Sequence record: AP019418.1
Direction: 5' to 3' (one strand)
Length of the DNA: 64,000 nucleotides
The notes under the pieces are model-generated. The model ran no database searches. It saw nothing but the letters and a program-made list of their open reading frames with translations, and had not been told where the DNA came from. Numbering within the stretch: position 1 is the first letter of the stretch; each line of letters begins with the position of its first letter. Of the stretch, positions 24,027 through 33,803 are shown one piece after another. Both the position numbers and the translations under genes were made by a program.

Positions 24027-25385
24027 TTAACTGATGCGATCGCGATAAGACCATTTAACAGTCTTAAGAACAGCACTGTGCATTTTAGACATGAAGATGG
24101 ATAGGAATCGACCACCAACACCTGCTGCTGCTGCCGGAATGCCATTGGGGTTCTCTGACATTTGTTTACCCATACAGACAGCACATACGTTCTTACCTCT
24201 ACCTATTACACCATTAGCTGGATCACCACCGGCCTTACATGTCATTGGACCACGTAGTTCAATCTCAGTGCCAACTAGTTCATCAATATTAGTTTCTTCA
24301 ATAAGGATAGATTTCCCATTCTTAACATAAGACAAGCCAATGAAATCTTTCTTATTAAATTGGTGAACAGTAGTTGGAATACCTATCCATGTGTTGCAGT
24401 CTTCCATAATAATCCTGACTGTACCAACCATTCGATAAATCGTTTTAGTTGACTCACCGCCAAGGGCTGTTTGTGCACCACGGTTATATGAGCCATAACG
24501 TAATGAGTTATTCATTACTGGCATATGGTCAGTGTCAATGCCTTCTTCCAATGATTTACCGATATATTCAACTGACGTACCATCTTGGAATGGCGCTTCC
24601 CCACCAAACATACCAAATACTTTCTTACGCACGCCACCAAATAATTTACTATGTTTAGTGTCATAGAACTCATAAGAAGGATCGTCTTTTAGATAGTCCT
24701 CATCTAGCTTGATTAATTCATTACCCATCTCTGCAATAACAGCCGGATCATCTAACCGATCTTTATATTTCTCTTCTAGTTCTTTGCGTAACTTATCTCT
24801 GTCTGGTGCAGAGGTCATTGATTTCTCAGTAATGGATGTTACCAAGGTACTAGCATATGCTGGCAATGCTAAACAATGATCTGCAAACATCCGATATTGC
24901 CATACATATAACTTACCATCAGTTGCACGCGGTGGATTATCATCATCAATTGGATCATCGATCATGCGGTTAAGAATTTCTTTCTCAACTTTACCAATAT
25001 CGAAATAACCAGATTGGAATGGGAACAGATCACCGAAAGGTAAACATAATACTAAATGGTTAACAAAAACGTTACCATAAGTTGTTCTTAATGCACCTGG
25101 TCCTTTATAGTTTTCAATTTCACCAGGTTGTAAAATGAATTCATCTCGAAATGCTAATGGTTGTTTACCTTCAATATAATCGTCGATATAAACAACTTCA
25201 TCATTAGAATCGCCTTCTTTATAGAAGAACATTTTACCATCTTTGAAATATGGCTTGTATAGATATTCACCACCATCATTTGGGTTATAAACGATATTAA
25301 ATAAAACGTTAACCCATGCTCGTTTCTTATCTAATCCAGCATTGATACCCATTAGAAAATAATCACGTAATTTCATTAGTATCAC
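24027..25385 (-). CDS. Virion RNA polymerase beta' subunit fragment, gp80-like
   Basis: Bridge-helix-like RGAQTALGGESTK, Zn-site cysteines (EDCN, PMTC, VCAVCMG), trigger-loop-like FMSKMH. Confidence 0.85.
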   Translation of the reverse strand: MILMKLRDYFLMGINAGLDKKRAWVNVLFNIVYNPNDGGEYLYKPYFKDGKMFFYKEGDSNDEVVYIDDYIEGKQPLAFRDEFILQPGEIENYKGPGALRTTYGNVFVNHLVLCLPFGDLFPFQSGYFDIGKVEKEILNRMIDDPIDDDNPPRATDGKLYVWQYRMFADHCLALPAYASTLVTSITEKSMTSAPDRDKLRKELEEKYKDRLDDPAVIAEMGNELIKLDEDYLKDDPSYEFYDTKHSKLFGGVRKKVFGMFGGEAPFQDGTSVEYIGKSLEEGIDTDHMPVMNNSLRYGSYNRGAQTALGGESTKTIYRMVGTVRIIMEDCNTWIGIPTTVHQFNKKDFIGLSYVKNGKSILIEETNIDELVGTEIELRGPMTCKAGGDPANGVIGRGKNVCAVCMGKQMSENPNGIPAAAAGVGGRFLSIFMSKMHSAVLKTVKWSYRDRIS

Positions 25386-26220
25386 CTATGCTATTTAAAA
25401 TCTTTTTAGCTTCATTTTCCATAATAGATCGTTCAATATTGTTAGATGTGAAATCATCTATAATACCCATTACCGTTCTACTAATTTCATTCTGTTCAGT
25501 ATTTGAAATTAATACCAATCCGACAATTTCTTTAGCAACTTCAATAGGCGTCATAGCATCTAATGGGCCAAATGAAATTTGTAATAGGTCATCAATATTC
25601 CTTTTACCAACACGTAATCCTGCATTAACTAGTTCCATAGCTAACTTAAATGATGCGCGCGTATGAATACGAATAAGGCGATTAATTAAATTAATCCGTT
25701 CAACATTACTTACATTGCCATATGCTTGACCACGGGTAGTAAGTACTGACTGAATAAATGATGTAATATTACTAATAAGTGTTGGCGATACACTTTCAAT
25801 TAAGTCAATGATATTTAAGAAATCTACACTTGTATCAATAAGTTCTACCAGATGCGCTAATGTCTCTTCGGGTGAATATTCAGCTAACAGAATATCATTC
25901 ACTTCATCTGGAATAATGTAATCTTCTAAACTAAGGAGTGTATTAACAACAGCTTGCCGCTCAGCCTGAGTTGCTTCATCACTAATTTTAATAAGATGCT
26001 CATTTAGAATTTCATCTTGTGCAATGCGAATGATATCATCAATGCGAGAAAGAAGCATTGCATTATCTGAGATACCTGATTGAATCTGACATACTGTATT
26101 TAGTTCATCTAGAGCTGCAACATAATTAATCTTTTCAAAAGATGCTACGCAGTCTAGGATAACTTCTTTACGCTCTTCATGTATAAGAGGCGTAAGATAA
26201 CTATCAATGAAATCTTTCAT
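25363..26220 (-). CDS. Virion protein, gp79-like
   Basis: Long ORF; likely start ATG 26220 with AAGGA RBS. Confidence 0.7.
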   Translation of the reverse strand: MKDFIDSYLTPLIHEERKEVILDCVASFEKINYVAALDELNTVCQIQSGISDNAMLLSRIDDIIRIAQDEILNEHLIKISDEATQAERQAVVNTLLSLEDYIIPDEVNDILLAEYSPEETLAHLVELIDTSVDFLNIIDLIESVSPTLISNITSFIQSVLTTRGQAYGNVSNVERINLINRLIRIHTRASFKLAMELVNAGLRVGKRNIDDLLQISFGPLDAMTPIEVAKEIVGLVLISNTEQNEISRTVMGIIDDFTSNNIERSIMENEAKKILNSIGDTNEIT

Positions 26221-26390
26221 GACGATATCCTTTTTATACGGAATTATTAACATAGGGTTGGACAGATAGTTATTCTTTAATATAGTGTAAAATTACCAAA
26301 TGTGTTAAATATATGTTGAACTAATCATTTTTTCATTTGTCAATTTATATTGGCAAATATTAAATTAAGCCTCTATCGGAGTATAACAAG

Positions 26391-26885
26391 ATGTCAAATA
26401 AAGCTAAAGAACCAACTCTAACTAAAGAACAGGAAAAGACTCTACGTCTATTTGAACGTGCAGTTGGAGCATCAGCTGCCGCAGCTGATCATATTCTTAA
26501 CCGTGATGGTTGGGATGTTGTCAATGTACTAGCAGGTTCCGTAGGTAAACGTATTCTACAAACTGAAGTATTCATTAATCCAGTTATCAATAAGATCAAT
26601 GAAATCATTCCGACGTTATCTGATCCTACTGGATTCCAAAAGAACCTACAAACAGTTATTGCTGACCTTAATCGACTAACTAAAATTATCAGTGTCCTAT
26701 ATGCACAACATCAAGGTAAGGCTGGTCCAGCAAATAATGAAGATGAACTAAAACTCATCAGTGAACTTGTTACTAAATACACTGGTATTGAAGGTGCTAT
26801 TGAACGCGGTATTGATGGTGTAATCCTAGCGATGATCGGCACTCTTCGAGAAGCTGGTTGGGACGAAAAACTAATTCAACAATAA
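26391..26885 (+). CDS. Hypothetical protein, gp78-like
   Basis: 164 aa, GGAG RBS. Confidence 0.7.
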   Translation: MSNKAKEPTLTKEQEKTLRLFERAVGASAAAADHILNRDGWDVVNVLAGSVGKRILQTEVFINPVINKINEIIPTLSDPTGFQKNLQTVIADLNRLTKIISVLYAQHQGKAGPANNEDELKLISELVTKYTGIEGAIERGIDGVILAMIGTLREAGWDEKLIQQ

Positions 26886-26896
26886 TGGAGTTTTAA

Positions 26897-28498
26897 ATGG
26901 CTACTGCTGACTTCGATAATGAGTACGATGATACTCCAGAAGAGAATTTACTAGATCAAATTGATGAGATCAATGCGCAACACGATCCTGACTCTAGTAT
27001 TGAAAATAATGACGAGGTGGAAACTCCACCTTTCGTTCCTGATCAAAAAGAAATTAAACTACGTATTCCACGTAATGCTAAAACTGGAAATATCCGGGAT
27101 GCTTCTGAACCGGCTATTAAAGATAGTGCTAGCATTCTTACTTTACTACGTGAGAATCCCCAGACTGTTTATAATTTCCTGGATCACAATAAAGAACTAT
27201 TTAAAGCATTTGCTGATAATAAAGTAGATGACACTAGTGACGGTGTAAAGTGGACAGCTGCTATTCTGGAAGGCTTAGCTCACTCTATTGTTGAAGATGC
27301 GCCAATCGGTGCAACTGCCCGAGAAGGTTCTGAATGGTCTAGTGAAATTCCTTATGGTGAAAAGATCATTCGACCTGGCCGACCTGTATTTAATACCAAT
27401 GGTCGTAAAATGACCGATGATGAAACTCTAGTTTTCCTAACACGTAAAGCTAACATCGGTACGCCATATGATACTTTCCTACCTCATTCAGGTATTTGGG
27501 TAAAACTACGTGCACCTACTGGTACTGAAGTAGCTGCCCTACAAGCACGTCTAGCACAATTAAAGATCCGGCTAGGCGCTGAATCAAAAGGTATGCTGTT
27601 CTCAAACATGGCAGCTGTGTTACTTAACATGGTTAGTAGTTTAGCACTTGCATGTGTTATTCAATCCAACTATAAGTTCAACACCCCAACTGATCTAGAG
27701 CATGTTATCTCAGTAGCTGATGAGCCGTTCTTGCATCACGCACTAGCGGCGACTATGTATCCAGATGGATTTAATTATAGTTATCCATGCATTGCAGATG
27801 CCAATACATGTAACCATATTGAAACAGCGAAACTTAATATGTCAACGCTTGTTCAATATGATCTACTGGCATTCTCAGAAGAACAAAAGAAATATATTGC
27901 ACGTAAGTTTAATGCATGTACTGAATCTGATCTTAAGACTTATAAAGAAGGATTCCGTATTGAAACTCAAGTAACTGAAATGTTTGGTGACGTTGGTGTT
28001 GTTCTTGAGATGTGTACAATTGCTGATCGCCGAGAGTCTGGTGATAGTTGGATTAACTCAATTATCGATATGACTCAAGGTAGTTTTAATGAACCAGTCG
28101 ATGGTCCGCAACGTTCTCAGTATATTGCACGTTTACAAAAGATCTCTATTGCCCGTCAGTTCTCACATTTTGTTAAAGAAATTAAAGTACGTGAAGATGA
28201 CGATGGTGAAAGTTCTGAAGACAATATTCGTACTGCAACCACTAATCGTGAAACTATTGAAAAGTTCTTAACTAATATTCTATCCACACCGGAATATAAT
28301 GACCGCTTTATTAATGCGGTGAGTAACTTCATTGATTCACAACTAATTGGAATGATTGCAATTACAAGTTGGAATTGTCCAGTATGTGAGTCACCTGCTG
28401 CTACTAAATTTAAAGAACGTTTCCCACACTTAATCCCTATTGACATGCTGTCAACTTTTTTTACTTTGGCGGCCTCGAAGTCAAACCGGATGGTGTAG
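26897..28498 (+). CDS. gp77-like protein, possible baseplate-hub/tail assembly chaperone
   Basis: 533 aa; CxxC-type motifs (YPC...TC, NCPVC); ends LIPIDMLSTFF over a T7 run. Confidence 0.7.
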   Translation: MATADFDNEYDDTPEENLLDQIDEINAQHDPDSSIENNDEVETPPFVPDQKEIKLRIPRNAKTGNIRDASEPAIKDSASILTLLRENPQTVYNFLDHNKELFKAFADNKVDDTSDGVKWTAAILEGLAHSIVEDAPIGATAREGSEWSSEIPYGEKIIRPGRPVFNTNGRKMTDDETLVFLTRKANIGTPYDTFLPHSGIWVKLRAPTGTEVAALQARLAQLKIRLGAESKGMLFSNMAAVLLNMVSSLALACVIQSNYKFNTPTDLEHVISVADEPFLHHALAATMYPDGFNYSYPCIADANTCNHIETAKLNMSTLVQYDLLAFSEEQKKYIARKFNACTESDLKTYKEGFRIETQVTEMFGDVGVVLEMCTIADRRESGDSWINSIIDMTQGSFNEPVDGPQRSQYIARLQKISIARQFSHFVKEIKVREDDDGESSEDNIRTATTNRETIEKFLTNILSTPEYNDRFINAVSNFIDSQLIGMIAITSWNCPVCESPAATKFKERFPHLIPIDMLSTFFTLAASKSNRMV

Positions 28499-28959
28499 TT
28501 AATGATCTGAGATATAGTCGTCTTGAGGCCACTTTCAAGGAAGATAGTGGTCACATCCTACATCCAAACTTTGGTTATGATAAGTTAACTGAAGATGATA
28601 CACACTTAGATAGACTATTATCGACAGTAGGGGCAGTAAGACCGTCTACAGCAGCACGTTTAACAAGAGAAGCATATCTACTTGATTACGATATCGGTTC
28701 ACCAGAAAACGGACCCATGTGGTTAAATAAGGTAAATCCTAAAGAGGACTTTATCGAAGGTGGGTTGAGAAGGAGACTGACTAGAGATTTCTTCAAGTAC
28801 AAAGTAGGTAGCTTATCTAATATGTCATTAACTGAATTCTTTGAATTAGCTTATTCTGAGGTAGAATACATAATTGAATTATGTAGAAATATTACCCATA
28901 ATGAAGCTGTTAATAACAATAACCAGTTAAATGAATTAAACAAGCCGTTAACTAAATAA
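28456..28959 (+). CDS. gp76-like frame, open from the T TTT TTT site; candidate -1 frameshift extension of gp77
   Basis: Frame of ORF 28717..28959 stays open 85 codons upstream with no ATG/GTG/TTG and overlaps the gp77 end at the 7-T run. Confidence 0.65.
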   Translation, partial: FFYFGGLEVKPDGVVNDLRYSRLEATFKEDSGHILHPNFGYDKLTEDDTHLDRLLSTVGAVRPSTAARLTREAYLLDYDIGSPENGPMWLNKVNPKEDFIEGGLRRRLTRDFFKYKVGSLSNMSLTEFFELAYSEVEYIIELCRNITHNEAVNNNNQLNELNKPLTK

Positions 28960-28970
28960 AAAAAAATAAA

Positions 28971-29006
28971 GACAGGCCCCTCTCCACATGGAGAGGGGTT
29001 TATGTC
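28971..29006. terminator. Bidirectional terminator
   Basis: CCCCTCTCCA-CA-TGGAGAGGGG with upstream A-tract and downstream TTTATG. Confidence 0.8.
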
Positions 29007-29009
29007 GCC

Positions 29010-29153
29010 TTACTTACGTGCAAAGCTAGCTACAAGACCTTTGATAGCTAGAGCGACCATCCAGGCCGTTAACCCCTTCATTGGGCGGATATCAACCCGT
29101 TCTTCGATATCCAGATTGCCCTCACTATTGATTACCTCAATTCGTACTTGCAT
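29010..29153 (-). CDS. 47-aa small protein MQVRIEVINSEGNLDIEERVDIRPMKGLTAWMVALAIKGLVASFARK (missing from ORF track)
   Basis: AAGGAG RBS 6 nt upstream of ATG; stop directly before a terminator; hydrophobic C-terminal helix. Confidence 0.75.
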   Translation of the reverse strand: MQVRIEVINSEGNLDIEERVDIRPMKGLTAWMVALAIKGLVASFARK

Positions 29154-29212
29154 GGTCTACTCCTTATCAGGGTGGGATATGATATTCAAAAGTCTTTTGA
29201 TATAAAGATGGC

Positions 29213-29245
29213 ATATTACCCCACCAATAAAAGGCGGGGTAATAT
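29213..29245. terminator. Terminator hairpin
   Basis: ATATTACCCCACC-AATAAAA-GGCGGGGTAATAT. Confidence 0.75.
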
Positions 29246-29248
29246 TTA

Positions 29249-29443
29249 TTAAACCATCAGATATCCTAATGGGAATAAAGCAAAGAAGCCATATAAAACA
29301 ACAAGCAGTGTCTTTTGGCGAACATACCGGGATTTAATACTATCTTTATCTAAGTCAAACTTGACATAAAGATAAATCTGATAACTTTTATATCCCATAC
29401 TAGCCACAAGGGCTATTACTATAAGTTGACACAAAAAGACCAT
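29249..29443 (-). CDS. Small membrane protein (2 hydrophobic segments)
   Basis: 64 aa, hydrophobic N- and C-terminal helices with charged loop. Confidence 0.55.
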   Translation of the reverse strand: MVFLCQLIVIALVASMGYKSYQIYLYVKFDLDKDSIKSRYVRQKTLLVVLYGFFALFPLGYLMV

Positions 29444-29498
29444 AGTGGGATGCTCTTATTATTAGAGAACAATGATCAATTGTTCTTACATAGCATGT

Positions 29499-29690
29499 CT
29501 ATTTAATATGCATGATTATCATATTAAATAACCACAACCCTAACATAAGGGTAAACATACTGCAAATCAAGCCACTTACAATCATTGCTTTTTGTTTGAT
29601 TGTTTTAGCAGCAGCAAGAAATATAATTGAAGTTATTAATCCACTAAATGCAATTAATAGTGGTACTAAAAATAACAATACCCGAGCCAT
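29499..29690 (-). CDS. Small membrane protein (2 TM)
   Basis: 63 aa, AGGTG RBS, two long hydrophobic stretches. Confidence 0.7.
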   Translation of the reverse strand: MARVLLFLVPLLIAFSGLITSIIFLAAAKTIKQKAMIVSGLICSMFTLMLGLWLFNMIIMHIK

Positions 29691-29702
29691 ATAGACACCT
29701 CA

Positions 29703-29960
29703 TCAAAATAGATAAGTTGTACATGTCAGTGAATAGTTAGTCCAGCAACTAACAATAGTACTTACCCATATGGTAACTAATACAATGCTTACGGAGAGAA
29801 AAAGCATAGCGTACTGGCATGCACTTTTATTAAAGATATCTTTAAACTCAAGATATGTTTTAATAATAAATATCAGCATGCATGTTAGAAGAATATCAAC
29901 TAAGATCAAAGTACTGACTAGAAGCCATGTTGCACCAAAGATCTGATCAACTGTATACAT
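29703..29960 (-). CDS. Small membrane protein (2 TM)
   Basis: GGGAG RBS before ATG 29960; two hydrophobic helices. Confidence 0.7.
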   Translation of the reverse strand: MYTVDQIFGATWLLVSTLILVDILLTCMLIFIIKTYLEFKDIFNKSACQYAMLFLSVSIVLVTIWVSTIVSCWTNYSLTCTTYLF

Positions 29961-30098
29961 TATTTCCACTCCCATAGTTTATAAGCTATAACTACAATTG
30001 TAATCATAATCAATTTTTTCTTCATTGTAAATACCCTATAGTTTTATCACATTTGTGATATACTGTTTAAAATGCTTTAAATACAAAAAATAAAAAAA

Positions 30099-30136
30099 GC
30101 ATAATCCCTCCCAACTAAGGGAGGGATCATTTATGC
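30099..30136. terminator. Terminator downstream of helicase
   Basis: ATCCCTCCC-AACTAA-GGGAGGGAT with a long U-tract on the minus strand. Confidence 0.8.
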
Positions 30137-30142
30137 CATTTA

Positions 30143-31681
30143 CTATAAACGCATCATGCGCATACTTTTAGTTTTACCCATGAAATGATTTTCTTTATTT
30201 CTAGCGTATCTGCAATGATGAGGTATGTTATTACAAACCATGAATGTTAACCTTGGTATTACATCAGGCCAGTTCTTCAATGGCCTTAGTCGTCCAAGAA
30301 TTTGGATGCTGTCCTTTTTAGAGTCAGTTGCTTGTAATAGAATAACTTCCCTTAAATTCCTAATATCAACACCAGTACCAGATGATTTAATAGTTGATAC
30401 AGTGATATCATTAGTCATTAATCTATCATACGGACTACCCGAAACATGTCTATTAATCTGAAGATCTGGATATTGTTTCTTAAGATAAGCTGTCAGTACA
30501 TCGATAAAGTTTACAGTCGCGCATAATAGCAAACATTTCTGACCTTCAATACGATCCTTTATATAAACGCCATCTACAATACGTTTAACCATCTTTAAAT
30601 AGAAGTCTAGTCGCCTAGGATTCTTCATCATTACTGTTTCATAACGAGCATGGTTATATGTATTTTTAAATGGAGTTAAATAGTCCTTAGGTTTAATAGT
30701 TGGTTCACTATATAACAAGCCAATAACATTGATGTATGAGTCATATGCAGGTAACCTACACTTTGTAGTGGCAGGTAGCATGACATCAATCATTTTAGTA
30801 ACAAACTGATTACCAGTGTATGGAGTAGCTGATAAATAGATTTGTTTATTGACATTGGTATATAGATCAGTACGAAATACTAATCCTGGATCTTCTTGAA
30901 TCTCATCATTGATCTGCCAACCTGCTCCAATAACCTCATGGAATCTAGGTGGTGGTACATTAAATCCAACTACATCGATTTTTTCACCTAATCGTTCAAA
31001 AGTATCGATATATGCACGGTATGTTGTAGAACTAATGAGAATAATTTCAACACCCTCTAAATCATTCTCTAGTCCGCGATTAATTAGATTCTGTAACTCA
31101 GCAGATCCAGATACTTTTAAATATTTTATACCTAGCTGATCTTCATAACCAACAAATGTTTCTTTTAATGCTTTCTCCCAAATACCGAAATATTTAGGTG
31201 GAATCATAACAACACCACGTTCTTTCATTACTGCAACTGAAGCTAAACTAGTTAAGGTTTTACCTTTACCAGTCTGTAAATCAACACGTGCTGAATGTAA
31301 ATGTGGTCTTAGAATATCTTCGCGGATGGTTTCCTGATAATCCCTTAGAACATAATGTTCAAATAAAGTATAGTCTACTTTAACAGCTGTTGGTACAGGA
31401 ATATCTACAATTTCAATTCTAGTAGATGGTATATTCTTATCGGCTAGATAATTAATAAGTTCTTGAAGACATTCACGATGGATGAATACAGATTTACCAT
31501 CTTCTGTTTCACCATAATATTTTTTCTTTATTTCCATTATGGTGCGTTGACCAGGTATCTTCTTAGGTTCTTTTAAAACCAGTTTATTAAGATATCCAGT
31601 CATCTTTAAGTATGTTTCCCGATCGTAACCGGATAAACGAACACCATGGGTGTATCGTTCTGCTGTAAGAATCGGTTTCAT
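30143..31681 (-). CDS. SF2 (UvsW-like) helicase, gp75-like
   Basis: QTGKGKT Walker A, DEIQ motif II, SAT, GTGVDI, QILGRLR motif VI; start probably ATG 31681 (track uses 31756). Confidence 0.88.
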   Translation of the reverse strand: MKPILTAERYTHGVRLSGYDRETYLKMTGYLNKLVLKEPKKIPGQRTIMEIKKKYYGETEDGKSVFIHRECLQELINYLADKNIPSTRIEIVDIPVPTAVKVDYTLFEHYVLRDYQETIREDILRPHLHSARVDLQTGKGKTLTSLASVAVMKERGVVMIPPKYFGIWEKALKETFVGYEDQLGIKYLKVSGSAELQNLINRGLENDLEGVEIILISSTTYRAYIDTFERLGEKIDVVGFNVPPPRFHEVIGAGWQINDEIQEDPGLVFRTDLYTNVNKQIYLSATPYTGNQFVTKMIDVMLPATTKCRLPAYDSYINVIGLLYSEPTIKPKDYLTPFKNTYNHARYETVMMKNPRRLDFYLKMVKRIVDGVYIKDRIEGQKCLLLCATVNFIDVLTAYLKKQYPDLQINRHVSGSPYDRLMTNDITVSTIKSSGTGVDIRNLREVILLQATDSKKDSIQILGRLRPLKNWPDVIPRLTFMVCNNIPHHCRYARNKENHFMGKTKSMRMMRL

Positions 31682-31739
31682 AAAAAAATCAACGATCGGT
31701 AAGGGGAGCAGTGCTCCCCAAACCTCACGTCCTCCACGT

Positions 31740-33773
31740 CTATCGCAGTTTACCACCTTTAACTAGTAAGTCATATGGATGGTCATTCCTCATCTTGTTA
31801 AGGAAACTGCCTGGGTTATTTAGTGGCTCATGCTGCTTTTCGAAAGCCATCGCACCACCTAAACTACGACATTGCATTAGCCTATTATATTTTTCAAATT
31901 GGCCATTAATACCGGGTTTAGGTAAGCGATAGTCTCGATATTGAGCTGAACGGATCATCATAGCGTATATCAAGATCTCACAATGGGAAATATTAAGGCT
32001 AATCTTTTCATTAGCCATTGTTGCAAATACAGGTAGTGCTTCAATTGGTGACTTGTAGTTTTTAAGATACGTTTTAGACGTATATCCAACTTTCTCAGTG
32101 CTTAGTTTACCTGCCTCGGCTGAGTCACTACCGGAATGTAAGAAACTTTGGAATCGTTTCATTACTTCATACATGTTTACGTGCTTATTTGGTAGCGTTA
32201 AGAATGGTAGGTTAAAATCAAAACCACGAAGACTAATGACGATATTGTCTCGCTGATCTAGTTCCCAACGGACCATCTTAATATGCTTTAGCATTTCAAT
32301 AGATAGACTAGCCCTACGGTTATACAGCGACACAGTCAGAACATCACCACATTCACCATTCACCTCATCATCATAGACTAGGGCCAGGCTGGTTAGTTCA
32401 GTAGCTGAAGTAGCTGGATATGCAGTAAGGTCATCAATCATTAAAATGTCAGCAAGGTTTTCTGCCTCTGACCGTGCGATTACTAAACGATAATCCTTCT
32501 GAGTAAGTTCTTTCTTTAGATATAGTGTCTCTGGGATTTCACCTGTTCTTAAATAATTACTTTCAATTTTGCCAAGTTTATATTGTTCTACAGCAGAAGA
32601 CGCATCGGTGTGTTTAGTAGACAATACTGCTGAAGTAATTTTGTCACCCATCGATACGGCAGCAACCTGACCGATATTAGTTCCTTTTGGAATATTGATA
32701 CCTAGTCGGCCATAACAAGTCATACAGATACCCTGACTATCTGGATGATTACATCCAAATACAGACCTGAATTTCTGTTTAGTTCCAATTAGGTGTGTTT
32801 CATTTCCACGGATCCAGTCTAGTTTACCATCTTCTTTTTGATAATATTTTCCTTTGAATGCTTTTAAAGTTAACTTAGTTACAGGATACTCAGCTAAGAT
32901 TGTGGTCTTACAATCACCAGGATGTAGCCTTTGGACATATTGTGCAATAAGCTGAGATTTCCGGTTAAAGTATTCAGTTACTCGCAGTAGTTCTTTGTTA
33001 TATAGTAGCGCTTTAGTACCTGAACGAGATTCAATCATATTCTCATACAGATTCCAAATACCATCAATATAACCAGTTGTTACCGGATATTTAAAGATAT
33101 CTGAGTTAATGTCAGTTGGAAAGCCCCGCCAAGCAAATGCTTGTAGAAGCTGTTCAGTTTTCTGAGTACCAGAACGAAGACCTTCAATGATGCTGTTACC
33201 AATGAATTGGGTAGGATCATTAAATACTTCTTTGACTTTACCATAACTAATTTTTTCGATACCATAAGTAGTTGGTTCGATATTATGGTTAGCCTCACGT
33301 ACCTTGGGATGATTATATACTTCAGCAATATCAAACATCGACAAGGTTGCTAGATATTCAGACAGTTTCACAGTGGTCTGATTATACAGCCAGTTCTTAC
33401 CTTCAATAGCCAGTTTAGATAGTACTTCAGGATCTACTGTTTCACCTGACCAATCATAGATGTTCCAAATAGCCTTATTTAAATGCTTAACCATGGCCTT
33501 AGATGTTACTCGGCCACCTTCAACATTTAGATAATCTTTAGGGTTATCAGTTAAGATGCGATTGAAATCGATATGGTGATCAGATGGAATTGGGCAATCT
33601 TTATAATGTTTAAGAGGATACCAACACAGAACGGATAATTTGGTAATACGGTCAACTGACACAACCGTTTTACCATCATCAAATTCGATTAGATGCCATT
33701 CTGAAGGGAGTGACCATAAATCATCATAACTTAGATTTAGAAGATCACGCGCTTTATAACGATTAAGATTCAT
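31740..33773 (-). CDS. Non-virion RNA polymerase beta' C-terminal subunit, gp74
   Basis: 677 aa; bridge helix ESRSGTKALL, Zn-site CMTCYG, trigger-loop VLSTKH. Confidence 0.9.
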   Translation of the reverse strand: MNLNRYKARDLLNLSYDDLWSLPSEWHLIEFDDGKTVVSVDRITKLSVLCWYPLKHYKDCPIPSDHHIDFNRILTDNPKDYLNVEGGRVTSKAMVKHLNKAIWNIYDWSGETVDPEVLSKLAIEGKNWLYNQTTVKLSEYLATLSMFDIAEVYNHPKVREANHNIEPTTYGIEKISYGKVKEVFNDPTQFIGNSIIEGLRSGTQKTEQLLQAFAWRGFPTDINSDIFKYPVTTGYIDGIWNLYENMIESRSGTKALLYNKELLRVTEYFNRKSQLIAQYVQRLHPGDCKTTILAEYPVTKLTLKAFKGKYYQKEDGKLDWIRGNETHLIGTKQKFRSVFGCNHPDSQGICMTCYGRLGINIPKGTNIGQVAAVSMGDKITSAVLSTKHTDASSAVEQYKLGKIESNYLRTGEIPETLYLKKELTQKDYRLVIARSEAENLADILMIDDLTAYPATSATELTSLALVYDDEVNGECGDVLTVSLYNRRASLSIEMLKHIKMVRWELDQRDNIVISLRGFDFNLPFLTLPNKHVNMYEVMKRFQSFLHSGSDSAEAGKLSTEKVGYTSKTYLKNYKSPIEALPVFATMANEKISLNISHCEILIYAMMIRSAQYRDYRLPKPGINGQFEKYNRLMQCRSLGGAMAFEKQHEPLNNPGSFLNKMRNDHPYDLLVKGGKLR

Positions 33774-33803
33774 TATTTACCTCTTGTATTATTAAACCCC
33801 TGA

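Noticed and set aside
23957-24184. 75-aa minus-strand ORF overlapping the gp80 3' end
   Set aside because: Alternative frame of gp80 plus a short spacer; no convincing RBS
29002-29205. 67-aa plus-strand ORF
   Set aside because: Antisense to the 47-aa minus-strand gene, which has the much better RBS
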